NCBI GenBank assembly: GCA_017654855.1
Contig: CM030333.1
Location: 2,046,001 to 2,110,000 of the forward strand
DNA length: 64,000 nt
Source of the DNA: Podospora anserina
Lineage: Eukaryota
Direction of reading: 5' to 3'
A model generated the notes under the pieces. The model was not told the origin of the DNA, ran no database searches, and was given only the letters and a program-made list of their open reading frames with translations. A program made the position numbers and the translations under genes. Below, piece after piece: positions 1-13,969 of the stretch (the stretch's first letter is position 1; each line of letters opens with the position of its first letter).

Positions 1-1198
1 GCGGTCATCGAAACCATCAAGCTGGTTGAGAAGCTCCAGCATAGTTCTTTGGACTTCACGCTCACCACCTGATGTCGAATCGTAACGCTTGGTACCGATA
101 GCATCGATTTCATCGATGAAGACGATTGACGGGGCATTCTCGGCAGCAACCTTTTGACATGTCAGCAAGGAACCACCAATCTTGGGCAGACGAATGCTTA
201 CCTGGAACAGTTGGCGAACCAACCGGGGGCCGTCACCGAGATACTTCTGAATCAACTCGCTACCAACAATACGCAGGAAAGTGGCCGAAGTCTGGTTTGC
301 AACCGCCTTCGCCAGTAACGTCTTTCCGGTACCGGGGGCACCGTAGAGAATGACACCCTTGGGAGGCTTGATACCCATCTCCTCGTACAGCTCCGGATGG
401 AGCAGTGGCAACTCTACAGATTCCCGCACCTCCTGGATTTGCTGCTCCAAACCACCGATATCCGCGTACGACTCCGTAGGCGCCTTGTCGAGCTTCATGA
501 CGCTGACTATGGGATCCGCGTCATCTGTGAGAACACCAACGATGCTCACAGTCTTATGGTGAAGCAAGACACTGGCGCCGGGCTCCAATAGATCCTTGTC
601 AACAAAACTCATGATGCTTACATAATACTCTGGTCCAGTCGTGCTGCTGACAATGGCGTGGTCGTCGTCAATCATCTCTTCAAGGGTTCCGACTCCCATT
701 GGGCTACCACGCATGTCGTCAACACGGCCACGTTCATCGGCATTGCGATCCGCAGCCTCGGCTTCCGAGGCAGCTGGAACGGCATTGTCCTTGGCGGCTT
801 TCGCCTTGCGCAAGCGCTCTTGGTTCTCGACATATTCCTCCTCGAGCAACAGGTGGTCGTGAACACGCTGCATGCGCAACAGCCTGAGCTTGCATCGACT
901 GGTCGGGTAGACGGGCGGTAACTTGGCGGCGGCACTGGCACCACCGGCTCTCTTCTTCTTGCGACCGATGCGGGTGGTAGGTCTCGGGGGAGGTTCGTGC
1001 TTGTGCTTCTCCTTCTGATACGATAGCATCGTCAGCAACGTCGGAGTCGATGACGACGGATGATTGTCAGTAGCAAACCTTCTTGTCCTTGTCATCCTTG
1101 CCATCGTGGCCACCTCCCATACCCGACTGGTTTTGACCCTACGGAAAGTTAGCAAATAGTCGAGCGACTCGAGCTTTGGTAATCGATAAACCGACCAT
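1..1198 (-). CDS. RPT2: 26S proteasome regulatory AAA-ATPase subunit 4 (Rpt2); 3' end runs off the window start
   Basis: ATG at 1198, intron 1195-1139, exon 1138-1079 (GQNQSGMGG..), intron 1078-1015, exon 1014->1. Reads [36 protein letters not shown], Walker A GAPGTGKT and Walker [16 protein letters not shown]. Confidence 0.96.
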
Positions 1199-2272
1199 TG
1201 TGACGGTGGGACCTCAGGCCGCCGGAGCTGTGAATGTGAAGTGGTTGAGGTGTGTCTAGGGTGGCCAGCTGTTAACTGGTATCGACGGTTTCGAAGTCTG
1301 CGACGATGACGGTGAAAATGTGCCGGGCTGCGAGTGGTGTCGCTGATTCCCGGTGCTGCTTGCTTTGTGATGCTGGAGTTGAAGCTGGAAGCTGGCAGCT
1401 GTGTTGGGAATCGCCTTGCAGGCCAGGCCACCAGGCGGCAGAGCGACGCGACATCTGGGTCCCGCCCTCCGCACGAGCCAACTACGCAGCCTGCAATTTT
1501 GACCAATGACAGGCAGCCCTGGGACCTGAGTGCACAGACCCCAGTTATGAGCCAACATGCAGGAGGGGGCATGGATTGATGATGGCAAACAACGGAGCCC
1601 CGGAAACACTGGCATTCCATTCTCATTGAACACCAAGAGTACGGCGCCAACCAGAAGCTTCTGTGTAGCATACGGACAACCTGGAAAGGTTCCAGACTTT
1701 GACAGAGAGGTGGCTCAAAGGCCTTCCATGAATCCATAACCGTCTCCTGTGTTTCCCAAGAAAGCCCACGTCTCTGCCGCCCGACGTGTTTACGTAGTGT
1801 GCTGCATGCAATATATGCAGGCCGGTGTATCACTCCTGCCTCCCCATCCGCCTCGTCTCGAACATCAGCGCTGTTCACCTTTTTGCGAAGTCCGGTCTCC
1901 TGTCTCCGCTTCCGCCATACCTGCTCTCAGATAGACCAAACGTTGGGTGATCCACGATCAGAGCCACGAAGCCGGAGGTCACTACCACCTCCTTAGTTTC
2001 CAGGGTCCTTGCGCTTGTTGCTACTGTTACCCCTCCAAAGTTGGGTTTCTGACTTCGTTGGCCCCTCCCAACCTTTTTGCTCCCAGACGACAACACATGC
2101 CAACTTTTCCGAGAGTCTCCGCCAAAACCTTCGACCCGCTGTGAAAATTGAAAGTTCCTTGTCACCTCTACCAACTTGCACTTTTAAACAACACTCTCGT
2201 CCGTCTCCTCATCGCACACGAACACCCCTTGCTAGAAACAACCCGGCTTCTACCTACTTCACACAACGACCC

Positions 2273-3219
2273 ATGGCCTCAACACGAGAGCGCCGAATCT
2301 CCAAGGAGCTCAGCGACCTCCAAAATGACCCCAACTCTGGCGTCAGCGCCCACCCGGTCGACAACAGCCTCCTTCACCTCAAGGGCATCTTCCCTGGACC
2401 CCCCGACACCCCCTACGCCGGCGGCACCTTTCAGGTCGACATCTTGATACCCGAAAACTACCCCTTCAAATCCCCAGTCATGAAGTTTGACACCAAAATC
2501 TGGCACCCAAACGTCAGCAGTGTGACGGTACGTCAGACCAAACCTGACCAAAATAGTGGCGGCGGTGGTGGTGGTGGTGTAAGATATCGGCAAAATGGAA
2601 CAATACCCCCCGAAACAGCACCACCACCACCACCACCACCAAATAACCACCCCTCAGGAGAGAAAGAAAACTGTTTGCTAACCAAACCTCCAAACAGGGT
2701 GCCATCTGCCTCGACACCCTCGGCACAGGCTGGTCCCCAGTCGGCACCATCAAAATGGCCCTCATCTCCCTCCGCATGCTCCTCGAATCCCCCAACCCAA
2801 AGGACCCGCAAGATGCCGAGGTGGCCAAGATGATGCTCGAGCAACCCGAGGCGTTTGCCCAAAAGGCGCACGAGTGGGCAGTCAAGTACGCCGGCGCGCC
2901 GAGGAGGGACACACCTGTGCACAACTACCAAAAGGTTGCTCCGCCCCCGCCGAGGGCGGACGATCCGGCGAGGTATGGCCCTTTCTATCCGCAAATACCA
3001 GTCAAAAAAGTTTAGGCTGACATGATTTTGTCTTGGTGGAACAGGTACCAAGGCTACAACAAAGACCTCATCGACCGCTTCGTCCACATGGGCTTTGACC
3101 TTGACGCCGTGGTCGAGGCGTTCAACTATGTTGGTATTGATCGCAACGGGGGCGAGGACTACGTGTTGGAGGAGGCTTACATGGGGGATATCACTGCGCG
3201 GTTACTCGGTGAGCAGTGA
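2273..3219 (+). CDS. UBC1: Ubiquitin-conjugating enzyme E2 with C-terminal UBA domain (Ubc1/E2-25K type)
   Basis: Exons 2273-2527, 2698-2972, 3045-3219. Spliced product has [30 protein letters not shown] (catalytic Cys) and a UBA-like LIDRFVHMGFD. Confidence 0.95.
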
Positions 3220-3973
3220 CGGGTCATCGTGGTGGTTTCAACCAACCTGGGCGGGGCAACGACAGCAAGTGTAATCAGGAGGGAGGGGATGTCTGTGGTA
3301 GTCCTTTACGTTTGCATTGGGGAACGGAGTTTTATGGCTATGGGCAGATTTAATTGGGGGTGGTGTTTGTGACTTCGATGTCTTTACAGGGAGTACTGGC
3401 TTTCTTTTCTTTCCTTGACAATTAGAGCCCGGCTCTGGATCGGGGCTTTGGTGCTGTATTTATGGTCCTGTTTTCACAAGCGGAGAGTATAACTAATATC
3501 TCTGCGTTTTCCATCATTGTGAGCGTTGGTTTCTATATACATGTCTTACGCATTCTTCTGTTTCAACAGGTTGTTGTGTTTAGGCACATAGTCAGGTCTT
3601 TCATGATTCGGTCACAACATATGACCTAAATTATTTTTAAGCAGCTTTACAAAAACAGGAAACCTTGCCATGCACACATACACGACAGATCAGGTATGAC
3701 CCCCAAGCCCGCCGTTAACCCCCCCGCCGCCGCCAGTCTATAAAGATTCAAGGATATGATAAAATGCATCAAGGGGCAAAAGTGGCTGTATCACACACGC
3801 AGTATCTCTTCGTCCGAAGTGTCCCGGCGCCCAAAAGTTAATCCTCTCTAGTAAACCCCCCGCCCTGATGTACTGAACCGCATCCGCTTGCTGTTAAACA
3901 AAAGTAGAAAAAACATGTACAGTGAGTGGCTAGCAAGAAACTAGCATGGCATTTCACCTATGACTTCGTTCTT

Positions 3974-5394
<1,421 letters not shown>

Positions 5395-5969
5395 TTTGTT
5401 TGATGTGTGTGTGTGCTGCAGACAGGAATATAGAGGAGGAAAGTCGCAGTAATAGCGGCGAGAAGGGGGAGACGGGGGAAGGTCAATGGGAAATATCAAC
5501 GGTAAATGTCGTCGGTATCTTTCAGTTCACGAGGTCGAGTGCACCGTCATTTCTCCAACAGCCTACCATGTCCAAAAATGTCTCCCGCTCTTGGCAGCTT
5601 CAGGGAACCAACCGCATCCCCATCTTTGACAGCATGGATCCACACCGCCCCCATTGGCCGGCAATCTAGGTCCCTGCTGCGACGGTGGTAGTGTTTTTCC
5701 GATGTCCGGGTACACCTTGCGGCACGCTCGCCCTACACATTGGGCCGATTCAAAGCGGCTGAGATTAGGTTCACACCCATCGGCTAGGGGAGGGGTGCAA
5801 TCAAGCAAATCCTTATCACTTTCAACTTGCCCCGCCAACGAATATTGAAGCTCTGACAGACCAACCACGAAATCGAAGAGGACGCCGAGAGGCGATTTAT
5901 TGCGCCGACGACTATTACGAACAGACAACTAGCCCCTGAGGCCAGATTGGAGGGGAAAAAGTATTCAAA

Positions 5970-7688
5970 ATGGCTACAGCAACTATTACCACCACCATCC
6001 GCAAGAAGGATGCGAACCTTCCACCAGAAAACGAGCGCTATCTGCGGTGTTGCGCAGATGTCGCCAACGCCCTGATCGAGGACCACGAGGCATCCAGAGA
6101 CCCCAGCAAGCCCCGGAAGGATATCAATCTCAACAGCCTGCGCTCCAAGTTCGCAAAGAAGCACAAGCTCAACAATGTCCCACCACTTACGGCCATTATT
6201 GCCGCCGTCCCCGAACACTACAAGAAATACATTCTCCCCAGGTTGATCGCAAAGCCCATCCGAACATCGTCAGGTATCGCCGTAGTGGCGGTTATGTGCA
6301 AGCCTCACAGATGTCCACACATTGCCTACACAGGAAATATTTGCGTCTACTGCCCCGGCGGCCCAGATTCCGATTTCGAGTACAGCACACAGTCCTACAC
6401 CGGATATGAACCAACCTCTATGCGCGCCATCCGGGCTCGATACGACCCATTCGAGCAGGCCCGCGGCCGTGTTGACCAGCTCAAGGCTCTGGGCCACTCT
6501 GTTGACAAGGTGGAATATATCATCATGGGCGGTACCTTTATGTCGCTTCCCGAATCCTACCGCAACGAGTTTATCTCCCAGCTTCACAATGCCCTTTCCG
6601 GATATGGTACGCCCGACGTCGACGAAGCCGTCCGCGCCGGCGAGCAAAGCAGTATCAAGTGCGTCGGCATCACAATCGAAACCAGACCAGATTACTGTCT
6701 CGCCAGTCACCTAACAGACATGCTCCGCTACGGCTGCACCCGTCTCGAAGTCGGCGTGCAGTCCCTCTACGAAGACGTTGCCCGTGACACAAACAGAGGT
6801 CACACTGTTGCCGCCGTCGCAGAAACATTCTGCCTTTCCAAGGACGCCGGATTCAAGGTCGTTTCCCACATGATGCCTGATCTTCCCAACGTGGGGATGG
6901 AGCGCGACCTGGACCAGTTCAAGGAATACTTTGAGAACCCTGATTTCCGAACTGACGGTCTGAAGATTTATCCTACCCTCGTCATCCGTGGGACAGGTCT
7001 CTACGAGCTATGGAGAACGGGGAGATACAAGGGCTACACGCCCAACGGCCTCATCGACCTCGTTGCTCGCATCCTGGCTCTTGTACCGCCATGGACGCGT
7101 ATCTACCGTGTCCAGAGAGATATCCCAATGCCCCTCGTCACATCCGGTGTCGAGAACGGCAACCTCAGAGAACTCGCCCTGGCTCGCATGAAGGACTTTG
7201 GCACCTCTTGCCGTGACGTCCGCACCCGCGAAGTGGGTGTCAACGAAGTGAAAAACAAGATCAGACCAAACCAGATCGAGCTCGTGAGGAGAGATTACAC
7301 CGCCAACGGAGGATGGGAGACCTTCTTGGCCTACGAAGATCCCAAGCAGGATATCTTGGTTGGTTTGCTTCGGCTGAGAAAGTGCAGCGAGAAATACACC
7401 TTTAGGCCAGAACTCACGGGGCAGCCGACGAGTTTGGTCAGAGAGTTGCATGTGTACGGCATGGCTGTTCCGGTGCACGCTAGAGATCCTAGAAAGTTCC
7501 AACATCAGGGCTTCGGCACGTTGCTGATGGAGGAAGCGGAGAGAATTGCGAGGGATGAGCATGGGAGCGAGAAGTTGAGTGTTATTTCGGGTGTTGGTGT
7601 GAGGAGTTACTACAGGAAGTTGGGGTACTGGTTGGATGGGCCTTACATGAGCAAGTGGCTGGATGGAAGGCCGGGGCCGGAGGAATAG
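5970..7688 (+). CDS. ELP3: Elongator complex subunit 3 (radical SAM + KAT domain)
   Basis: 572-aa intronless ORF with [16 protein letters not shown] radical-SAM cysteines and C-terminal [17 protein letters not shown] acetyltransferase motif. Confidence 0.98.
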   Translation: MATATITTTIRKKDANLPPENERYLRCCADVANALIEDHEASRDPSKPRKDINLNSLRSKFAKKHKLNNVPPLTAIIAAVPEHYKKYILPRLIAKPIRTSSGIAVVAVMCKPHRCPHIAYTGNICVYCPGGPDSDFEYSTQSYTGYEPTSMRAIRARYDPFEQARGRVDQLKALGHSVDKVEYIIMGGTFMSLPESYRNEFISQLHNALSGYGTPDVDEAVRAGEQSSIKCVGITIETRPDYCLASHLTDMLRYGCTRLEVGVQSLYEDVARDTNRGHTVAAVAETFCLSKDAGFKVVSHMMPDLPNVGMERDLDQFKEYFENPDFRTDGLKIYPTLVIRGTGLYELWRTGRYKGYTPNGLIDLVARILALVPPWTRIYRVQRDIPMPLVTSGVENGNLRELALARMKDFGTSCRDVRTREVGVNEVKNKIRPNQIELVRRDYTANGGWETFLAYEDPKQDILVGLLRLRKCSEKYTFRPELTGQPTSLVRELHVYGMAVPVHARDPRKFQHQGFGTLLMEEAERIARDEHGSEKLSVISGVGVRSYYRKLGYWLDGPYMSKWLDGRPGPEE

Positions 7689-8759
7689 ATGGTGTGATGA
7701 TGATAGCTTTACATGGCCAAAGACCGGTTTGCATGAATAGGCGTTTCTTGGAAAGAATGGGAAGGGATGTATTGATGACTGAAAAGAAAGGACGTTCTAT
7801 TTTGTGTGTATTTGTTGACAGGAAAACATAAGCAAAGGTGTTGATACATGTCGTGATGTTGGTTCACCAGCCGCATTGCTCGGCCACAGACAGCCACAAA
7901 AGATCCTTGGCACTCACCCGGTTCGCTTGCCCCTTTCCCGGCTGTTATCATCTCAAAAACACAGTGAAGGCGTGATACATGGTATATATCACGGCAGTTC
8001 GACATCACTACATATCAACACACAACTCTCCCTCTAGTCACTAGCTCCTCATCATGATCTCCCCGTCGGACATATGCCAATGCTTACCACCAAGCCCTCT
8101 CAGCAGGTCATATCTGTATCTTAGAGGTCTAGTTCTAGATGAGCAAACGACATGGGCTCAATGTCGTCAATTTATGCTTGTTTCCCAGCGGAAACTCTAG
8201 TCCAGAAAGTTACTAGCGAAATGCTTCTGTCAGATCGCCAAGACGGACGGGTGTTGGCATGGCTACGGTGAACCGGCGGTAGAGATACGAACTAGCAGCT
8301 ACACGGCAGGCGAGGGGAACGTGATAAGGCTGAGAGCTTGTATCTTCCGCTTATGGGACAAGCTCGTGATATTGTCGACCAGGGACGGAGTTCTTGCAGG
8401 CCTGGAGGGCAGAATGGTGCGTTTCTGGGCGCAAGGCTAGTGGCTAGCCGATGTGAACTGGTGATGTTCTAACTGGAGGAGGCTGCGGCGTTGGGCATTA
8501 GAGGCCCAAGAGCATCAGGCAGAAGGATTCTGTTTGGGGTTGGGCGAATGGATGTCTCGAAAGGGCGATTGCGTGCTCGTGAAGGTGACCGCGATGGATG
8601 CTGAAGGAGGTATAGGTCAGTCTTGGGGTCGGGCAAGGCTCGGTGGCGGTCATTTGATTGCAGGCAGGTTCTGTGAAAGCATCAGTGGACTGTGCAAGGC
8701 GACAAGGGGTGAGGAAAGCAATGGGGTTATATGATGGCGAGCAGGGGGACAGGATGAAG

Positions 8760-8766
8760 TATAAAA
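8760..8766 (+). promoter_or_regulatory. Probable TATA box of the Hce2 gene
   Basis: TATAAAA about 130 nt upstream of ATG 8893, followed by a CA-rich leader. Confidence 0.4.
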
Positions 8767-8892
8767 TGACCTAGAGTCCTCTCTTTACCAGCATGTCTTC
8801 ACCACTATCCAGCATCTCAAGCCCATCCCAATCAACGCCAGCATCACCTGTCCATACTCAACAAGTTCTCTTCATCAAACAACACCGCCACA

Positions 8893-9516
8893 ATGCGCTT
8901 CACAATGAAAATAAACCTTGCCCTCGCCCTCGGCACCTTCCTCCTCGGAGCAGAGGCTGCTCCCGCTCCCGCTGCCTCTGCCCAGGAGACCGCCACCACC
9001 ACCACCGACAAGGTCTTCAAAATCCACACCGACGACTTCGTCAAGTACTTCCCCCCAGGCACCACCCCTTCCCCCTCAGATGAAGCCATCCCCGCCGCCG
9101 TAACCCCCAGCAAGCTCAAGCTCAAGCTCCGCCACCCCTCCGAGTCCCCCGAGACCTCAGAGAACGCAGCCGCCATCCTCACCAAGCGCGGCAACTACTG
9201 TGGGCACTCCTCCTTCCACAACGTCCGTAGCAACGATTCCCCCACCACCGGTGACTGCTGGCAAATCTACCACAACATCGCCGGCGGCGGCTCATGGCAG
9301 GTCTGGACTTCTGCTCATCGCACTCTGGTCTCGTATGGCGGGTGTGCGTTTGGTGTGGAAATTGATCAGGATTGGATCTCGTTTCAGTATGTAGGCGCGT
9401 GGGACATCAGGGATTTGATTCGGGACTCGATTAACAACTATGCTTCGGGGGGTAAGGTTGGGACTTGGGGGGAGATGGAGTGTGGGATTAAGTATACGAA
9501 GTGGGGGTTGTTTTAG
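8893..9516 (+). CDS. Secreted Ecp2/Hce2-family (class I) protein with signal peptide, propeptide and Kex2 site
   Basis: Signal MKINLALALGTFLLGAEA; LTKR cleavage site then NYCGHSSF..SPTTGDC..NIAGGGSW..GGCAFGV..VGAWDIRDLIRDSI..KVGTWGEMEC, matching the 4-Cys Hce2 pattern. Confidence 0.85.
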   Translation: MRFTMKINLALALGTFLLGAEAAPAPAASAQETATTTTDKVFKIHTDDFVKYFPPGTTPSPSDEAIPAAVTPSKLKLKLRHPSESPETSENAAAILTKRGNYCGHSSFHNVRSNDSPTTGDCWQIYHNIAGGGSWQVWTSAHRTLVSYGGCAFGVEIDQDWISFQYVGAWDIRDLIRDSINNYASGGKVGTWGEMECGIKYTKWGLF

Positions 9517-10645
9517 GGGAGGAGGTTGCTCTGGAGGTGGATGGTGATGAAGGGGAGAAGGGTTTGATCGAGGGGAGGTGTTGGGAGATGGGGATGATGA
9601 TGGTGTGTTTGGTGTTTGCAGTCGCGGTCGCAGTTGGCGTTGTGGGCGAAGATGGGTGAGGGAGAGGATGTGTCGAGGACTCGAGGTAGTTAGAGTGTCA
9701 ATGAGAGCAGACAGGTATCAAGAAGATGTGACTTTGAGATTCAGAGTATTTCTGATGGTGACGTGACTGGAGCCACTACTGCATCCTGTTTCTGCTTTCT
9801 GCTCAGTGGTAGTTGACCGTGGATCAAGGAGGAATGCGTGGAAACCGGGCTGTTAAAGTCGACAGTGGATGATCATGGATAGATCTGCCTTAGTCCTTGG
9901 AATGGGGTGGACAACCTATCAAGAACTGACGAAGAAATGCCAGTAGGCGTCACGGTCAGAGTATTTCCGGGGAATAACGACGAGGTTTATGGGGTGCCTG
10001 GGAGCAAGGGCGAGACATGCGGGACTGAAGTTGTGGAAGGTGGGCGGGAGGGAGTAGTCCAGTGGGCAGGGCTGACCAAGAGCCAGCGCTGCGTTACCCG
10101 CGTTACGCGTTCCCTCCTTCCAGGTTCACCGTGATTTGCATCCTGTTGTCTTTGGACTCAAGCGATCAGTATCAGTTTATCTGGATAATCCCCATTCTCC
10201 TTTCTTGTGTCTGCCCGGACAAAAGCCTGACTACATTTCTGGCCCACAAAGCATTATAGGTTTTTAAAAGGCAGACTTTTGACAGAGGCCTCAGAGAGTT
10301 CTATTCCAACATGAAAAGATCTCTCAACACAAACCGAGGGAGCTAGGCAGTGTTGATGCAAGGCCGCTGGTGTCGGCCGCCTGCCAAGCTCAGATCTGGA
10401 GGTGGTGTGCCGTTCCAAGGGGTAATTTCCAGTTGCTTTCAGGCAATACTGTACAAAATAGATACCTGGCTTCAAGTGCCTGCCACGCCTGCCCAACTTT
10501 TGCGCCAATGACTAATGTGGGTGGTCGAGTGCCCCTTGAGACAATCCCAAGTCTCCCACACAATCACCCGACCGCCGACGCCAGGTGCAAAGACCACACG
10601 GCAGGCTTTCCCAATCTCCTTGCCATCCATGCATTAGTTTCTCTG

Positions 10646-11137
10646 TCACACCTCCTTCTCTGTAACTTCCACTTGTTCCTGTCCGTTTGTCTCCCCCTTG
10701 TCCTTCTTGGTCGTTGACTGGCACACGCGCTCCGGGACCGACATCTCCACCACCAGACTCCCGAGACCAGTGACATCCGCGGTGTTGCTAAGATCAAGAG
10801 GCTCTCCCTCGAAAGCGTGAGACAAACTGAATGTTGCTGAGCCCAAAGCCTCCCCATGTGATCTTGTCACAGACGAAGCTCCATCCCTAGGTGCTGCCTG
10901 AAGTTCGGGTTCGGTGAGGCAACCTGAAATGGCACGCTTGTCAGCTTGAGCAGGAAGATGCATAATGTATAGTGCAATATGGACATACCGCTCCGTATGA
11001 AACTCTCCGTTTCACACCAGCCTCCGAGGCCTTGGAGGTCTTGATCTCTCGCGTTATCTTGGTGACTGCCCGTGGCTGAGCGGTTCCGTTAGCACCGAGA
11101 CCTCACGGCCCTTAACTCACTGCAGATACGCACCCAT
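10646..11137 (-). CDS. Putative 122-aa orphan protein, three exons; only the last exon appears in the ORF track
   Basis: ATGG|GTGCGT intron 11133-11076 (GCTAAC branch, CAG); exon 11075-10989; intron 10988-10924 (GTATGT..GCTGAC..CAG); exon 10923-10646. Phases join into one 369-nt open frame: MATGSHQDNARDQDLQGLGGWCETESFIRSGCLTEPEL... Confidence 0.5.
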
Positions 11138-13529
11138 TGTGACGCGACCAAATCTTGCCTTGAGTGTTGACACGATGGAAGCGGTTGGAGACCTCAGGAG
11201 AGCACTCCCTCAAGACTCTTTCGTCTTATATATGGGAATGGATTCATCATTTTTACTACAGGACATGGCCCATGTTCTCTCCGCGCGAGGAGCACGAGTG
11301 TTTGCTGACTGCTTCGTTGATAGCTCATATTGCTTTACTGCAGCTGTCCTTCTCGGCGGTGATCCGCGGCAGCAAGGTCGCTGAAGACATCTACCTGGAC
11401 GAAGCCGGGGAACGCTTTGCAGGCGCGGCAGAAGCAACACTGTCAGAATGCGTGTGCATTTGCTAGGGATTCGAAAAGTATTACTTGACCACCACATGAC
11501 CGAATCATTCTCTGAGCTCTTCTAGTTCGTCAGAGCCTTGTTTACAAACTCGATGACGACCATCTACCTAAGATACCTATCCTTTTTGCCCCACCCGGGG
11601 GCCACGACAATCTGCCTTATCGACATGGCCCTGATGTGAGATACCAGCATGTACCTAATTCTACCTATTCAGGGGCTGAGATTGAGGAGATTGTGCCTTC
11701 CGCATGGGGATATGTCTTAGAAGACGGTAATCCTCAACAAAAGTCTATGTACCTCGTTGTAGTTGCAATGTATCCAGAGTCGGTGTAGCAGATCGGCTTC
11801 CATGCCGGTTCCTCGGCTTCCCCCTGCCACATGCACGTTAAAATGGCATCAAGGAAAAGAATTTCGCTTGTCTTAGACGCAATAAAAAGGAGAACAACGA
11901 CGTCTCGGAGCCGCCGCCACACGGGAAGAAACAAGCTATTATAGGTACCTAGGATTCTTTCCCAACTAGTACGCTCGCACTGTCTACCTGCACGTTCTAG
12001 CCACAAGCATCACCTCTCCTGTTGCCAACGACGGTAGTGGCATGAGCCATCAGGCTGGTAGCGTCTTGTGTGTGATGTTATGAAAATCCTCAGTACACTT
12101 TGCGGCGCAGCAAGGAGCCTTTTAACTTGGCGGAGCCGACTTTTGCCGCTGTCTGCCTTGCTTCGAGGCCAATATCCAAACTGTCGGGTTGCCCTCGGGT
12201 CCAAAACTTGTATTTTCTGCCTCAGAATCAATAGCGGCGGATAATAAAACGGAATTTTGTCTGAGAAAGGGAGGGCACCAAGACAAGAGTTGTGGCCGAC
12301 ATCAGTGAGGCAGCCGTGGGCGTGGTCTGGTGGTGTGAACAAACAAAAGAAACGGAGTTACAAAAAGGCCAAGATGAAACAAACAACGCATTCACCGTGC
12401 ACCTAGATAGGACACTTGTTCTCCGGAAAATTGACATTGCCCGGACAAAGCAAACTTGAAGTACCAATTGCTATAACTGGATAGTGGCATCCCCCCAGCC
12501 TGAACTTGGTGGCCTGCTACCTCCCCTAAAGCCGCACAAGATCTAGACGACCCAATAGAGGACCGGATCGATGAAGAGATTCCATACCGGATGCCGGATA
12601 CTTCCCCGTCGCACCCCCCCTCCGACCACTGTTTGTTTTCAAGACCGGGCATGACCTGTGCAGCTCGCGGGCGGCACAGGCACGCCGTCAAAGAATACCC
12701 CGGCTGGGACGGATATGGCTCCGGATCATTGACTTCCCATCCCATTGGCTCTCGAGGTAGACTCTAACTCTCAAGGCCCCGGAGTTCATTCTGCTTTCCA
12801 GGCTGCTGGCTAGTTCTAATCTTTTTCCATCCAGAATCCGTGTTTTTCCTCCTCTCTGTCATTCTACATACCCACAGCACCTCCAAACTCTAATAAACTG
12901 GATCGGTAAAGGATGAAATCGAATTTTGCTCCCAGAGAGCGACTTAATCACCGGGCTGCCCAACAATGTCATCGTCCTGCCTTTTGGCTGGCGACGCAAG
13001 GTCTTCATTCATCTTTCTCTTCTTACTCCTAATTTTTTTTGGTGATAGCTGTATTACTGACATGATAACATCAGTGGTCTTGAAGCCTGCCTACCGAAAT
13101 CTCAAAAACCGGAAACCTCTGTCGACGAAACTTGAGCGAAACCCAACTCCGCCACGTCGAAATATACCAACAACTGGGTTCACAAAAAGCCTTGCACAGT
13201 TGCTCTATCAGTGGCAGACCTGCAATATCTTGAAGACAATTCAGGAAATAGCAATGTGAGCCCCACGAGATGCTAGACAAAGATGGCCAGCGTCGCGTGG
13301 ACAGAACGCAACCCCCCCTCCTTCAAGTCGAGTCGGATAACGGCTTTACAGCACCACAAGTGTGCTGCTGTAACTTTCAACATGTAGACAAGACGATCAG
13401 GCTTGGTTCAAGGCGTTGTCTTCGTTTGAAGTCTGTTGTCACTTGGACATGTTGCCTCTTGGTCAGTAAGCGCAGCTCAATTTCTCGTCTTGGTACCTAG
13501 TTCCCTCACCCAGCATCATCACAACATAC

Positions 13530-13642
13530 GGCAAGGTGGCCGAGCGGTCTAAGGCGCCAGGTTCAGGCCCACTTGAATTAAATTACTCCTAGAGTATTTC
13601 CTGGTCTCGCAAGAGGCGTGGGTTCGAATCCCACCCTTGTCA
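13530..13642 (+). tRNA. tRNA-Leu(CAG): tRNA-Leu, anticodon CAG, with 31-nt intron (13568-13598)
   Basis: Acceptor GGCAAGG/CCTTGTC+A, A-box TGGCCGAGCGG, anticodon stem CCAGG/CCTGG with loop TT-CAG-G, long variable arm TCTCGCAAGAG, T-loop GTTCGAATC, T-run downstream. Confidence 0.95.
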
Positions 13643-13969
13643 CATCTCTTTTGCTCGTTTTGGATTCTTGTTCTTCTTTCTTTTGACGGACAGTACAACT
13701 GAGGGGGAGCTGCAAGGAGGCTTGAGAACTTGTCACTGGACTGTAAGATGAATGGGATATGAGAGCCGTGAATGCGCTGGAGGCGACGATGTTCAGAGAC
13801 TCTGGAAAGACATTAGGGAGGGTTGCTCTCTTGATGACGCAAGTCATTAAAGTCTTTATGAAGGAGAAAGATGGCCAAATCTAAAGCGAACACAGAAATC
13901 CAAAGCCCCCAGGTGTGGAAGTCCAGCTCCTACCAAACCAGAGTTCACATCAAACACCCTGTCCATTCC

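Noticed and set aside
2009-2272. N-terminal extension of UBC1 in the ORF track
   Set aside because: Starts at TTG; the E2 domain begins at ATG 2273 in good context.
11700-13500. Several short ORFs upstream of the tRNA
   Set aside because: No coherent splice model or recognisable domain.
13530-13642. tRNA as an amber suppressor explaining the TAG stops
   Set aside because: Anticodon is clearly CAG; the CTAG in the intron is not in the anticodon position.
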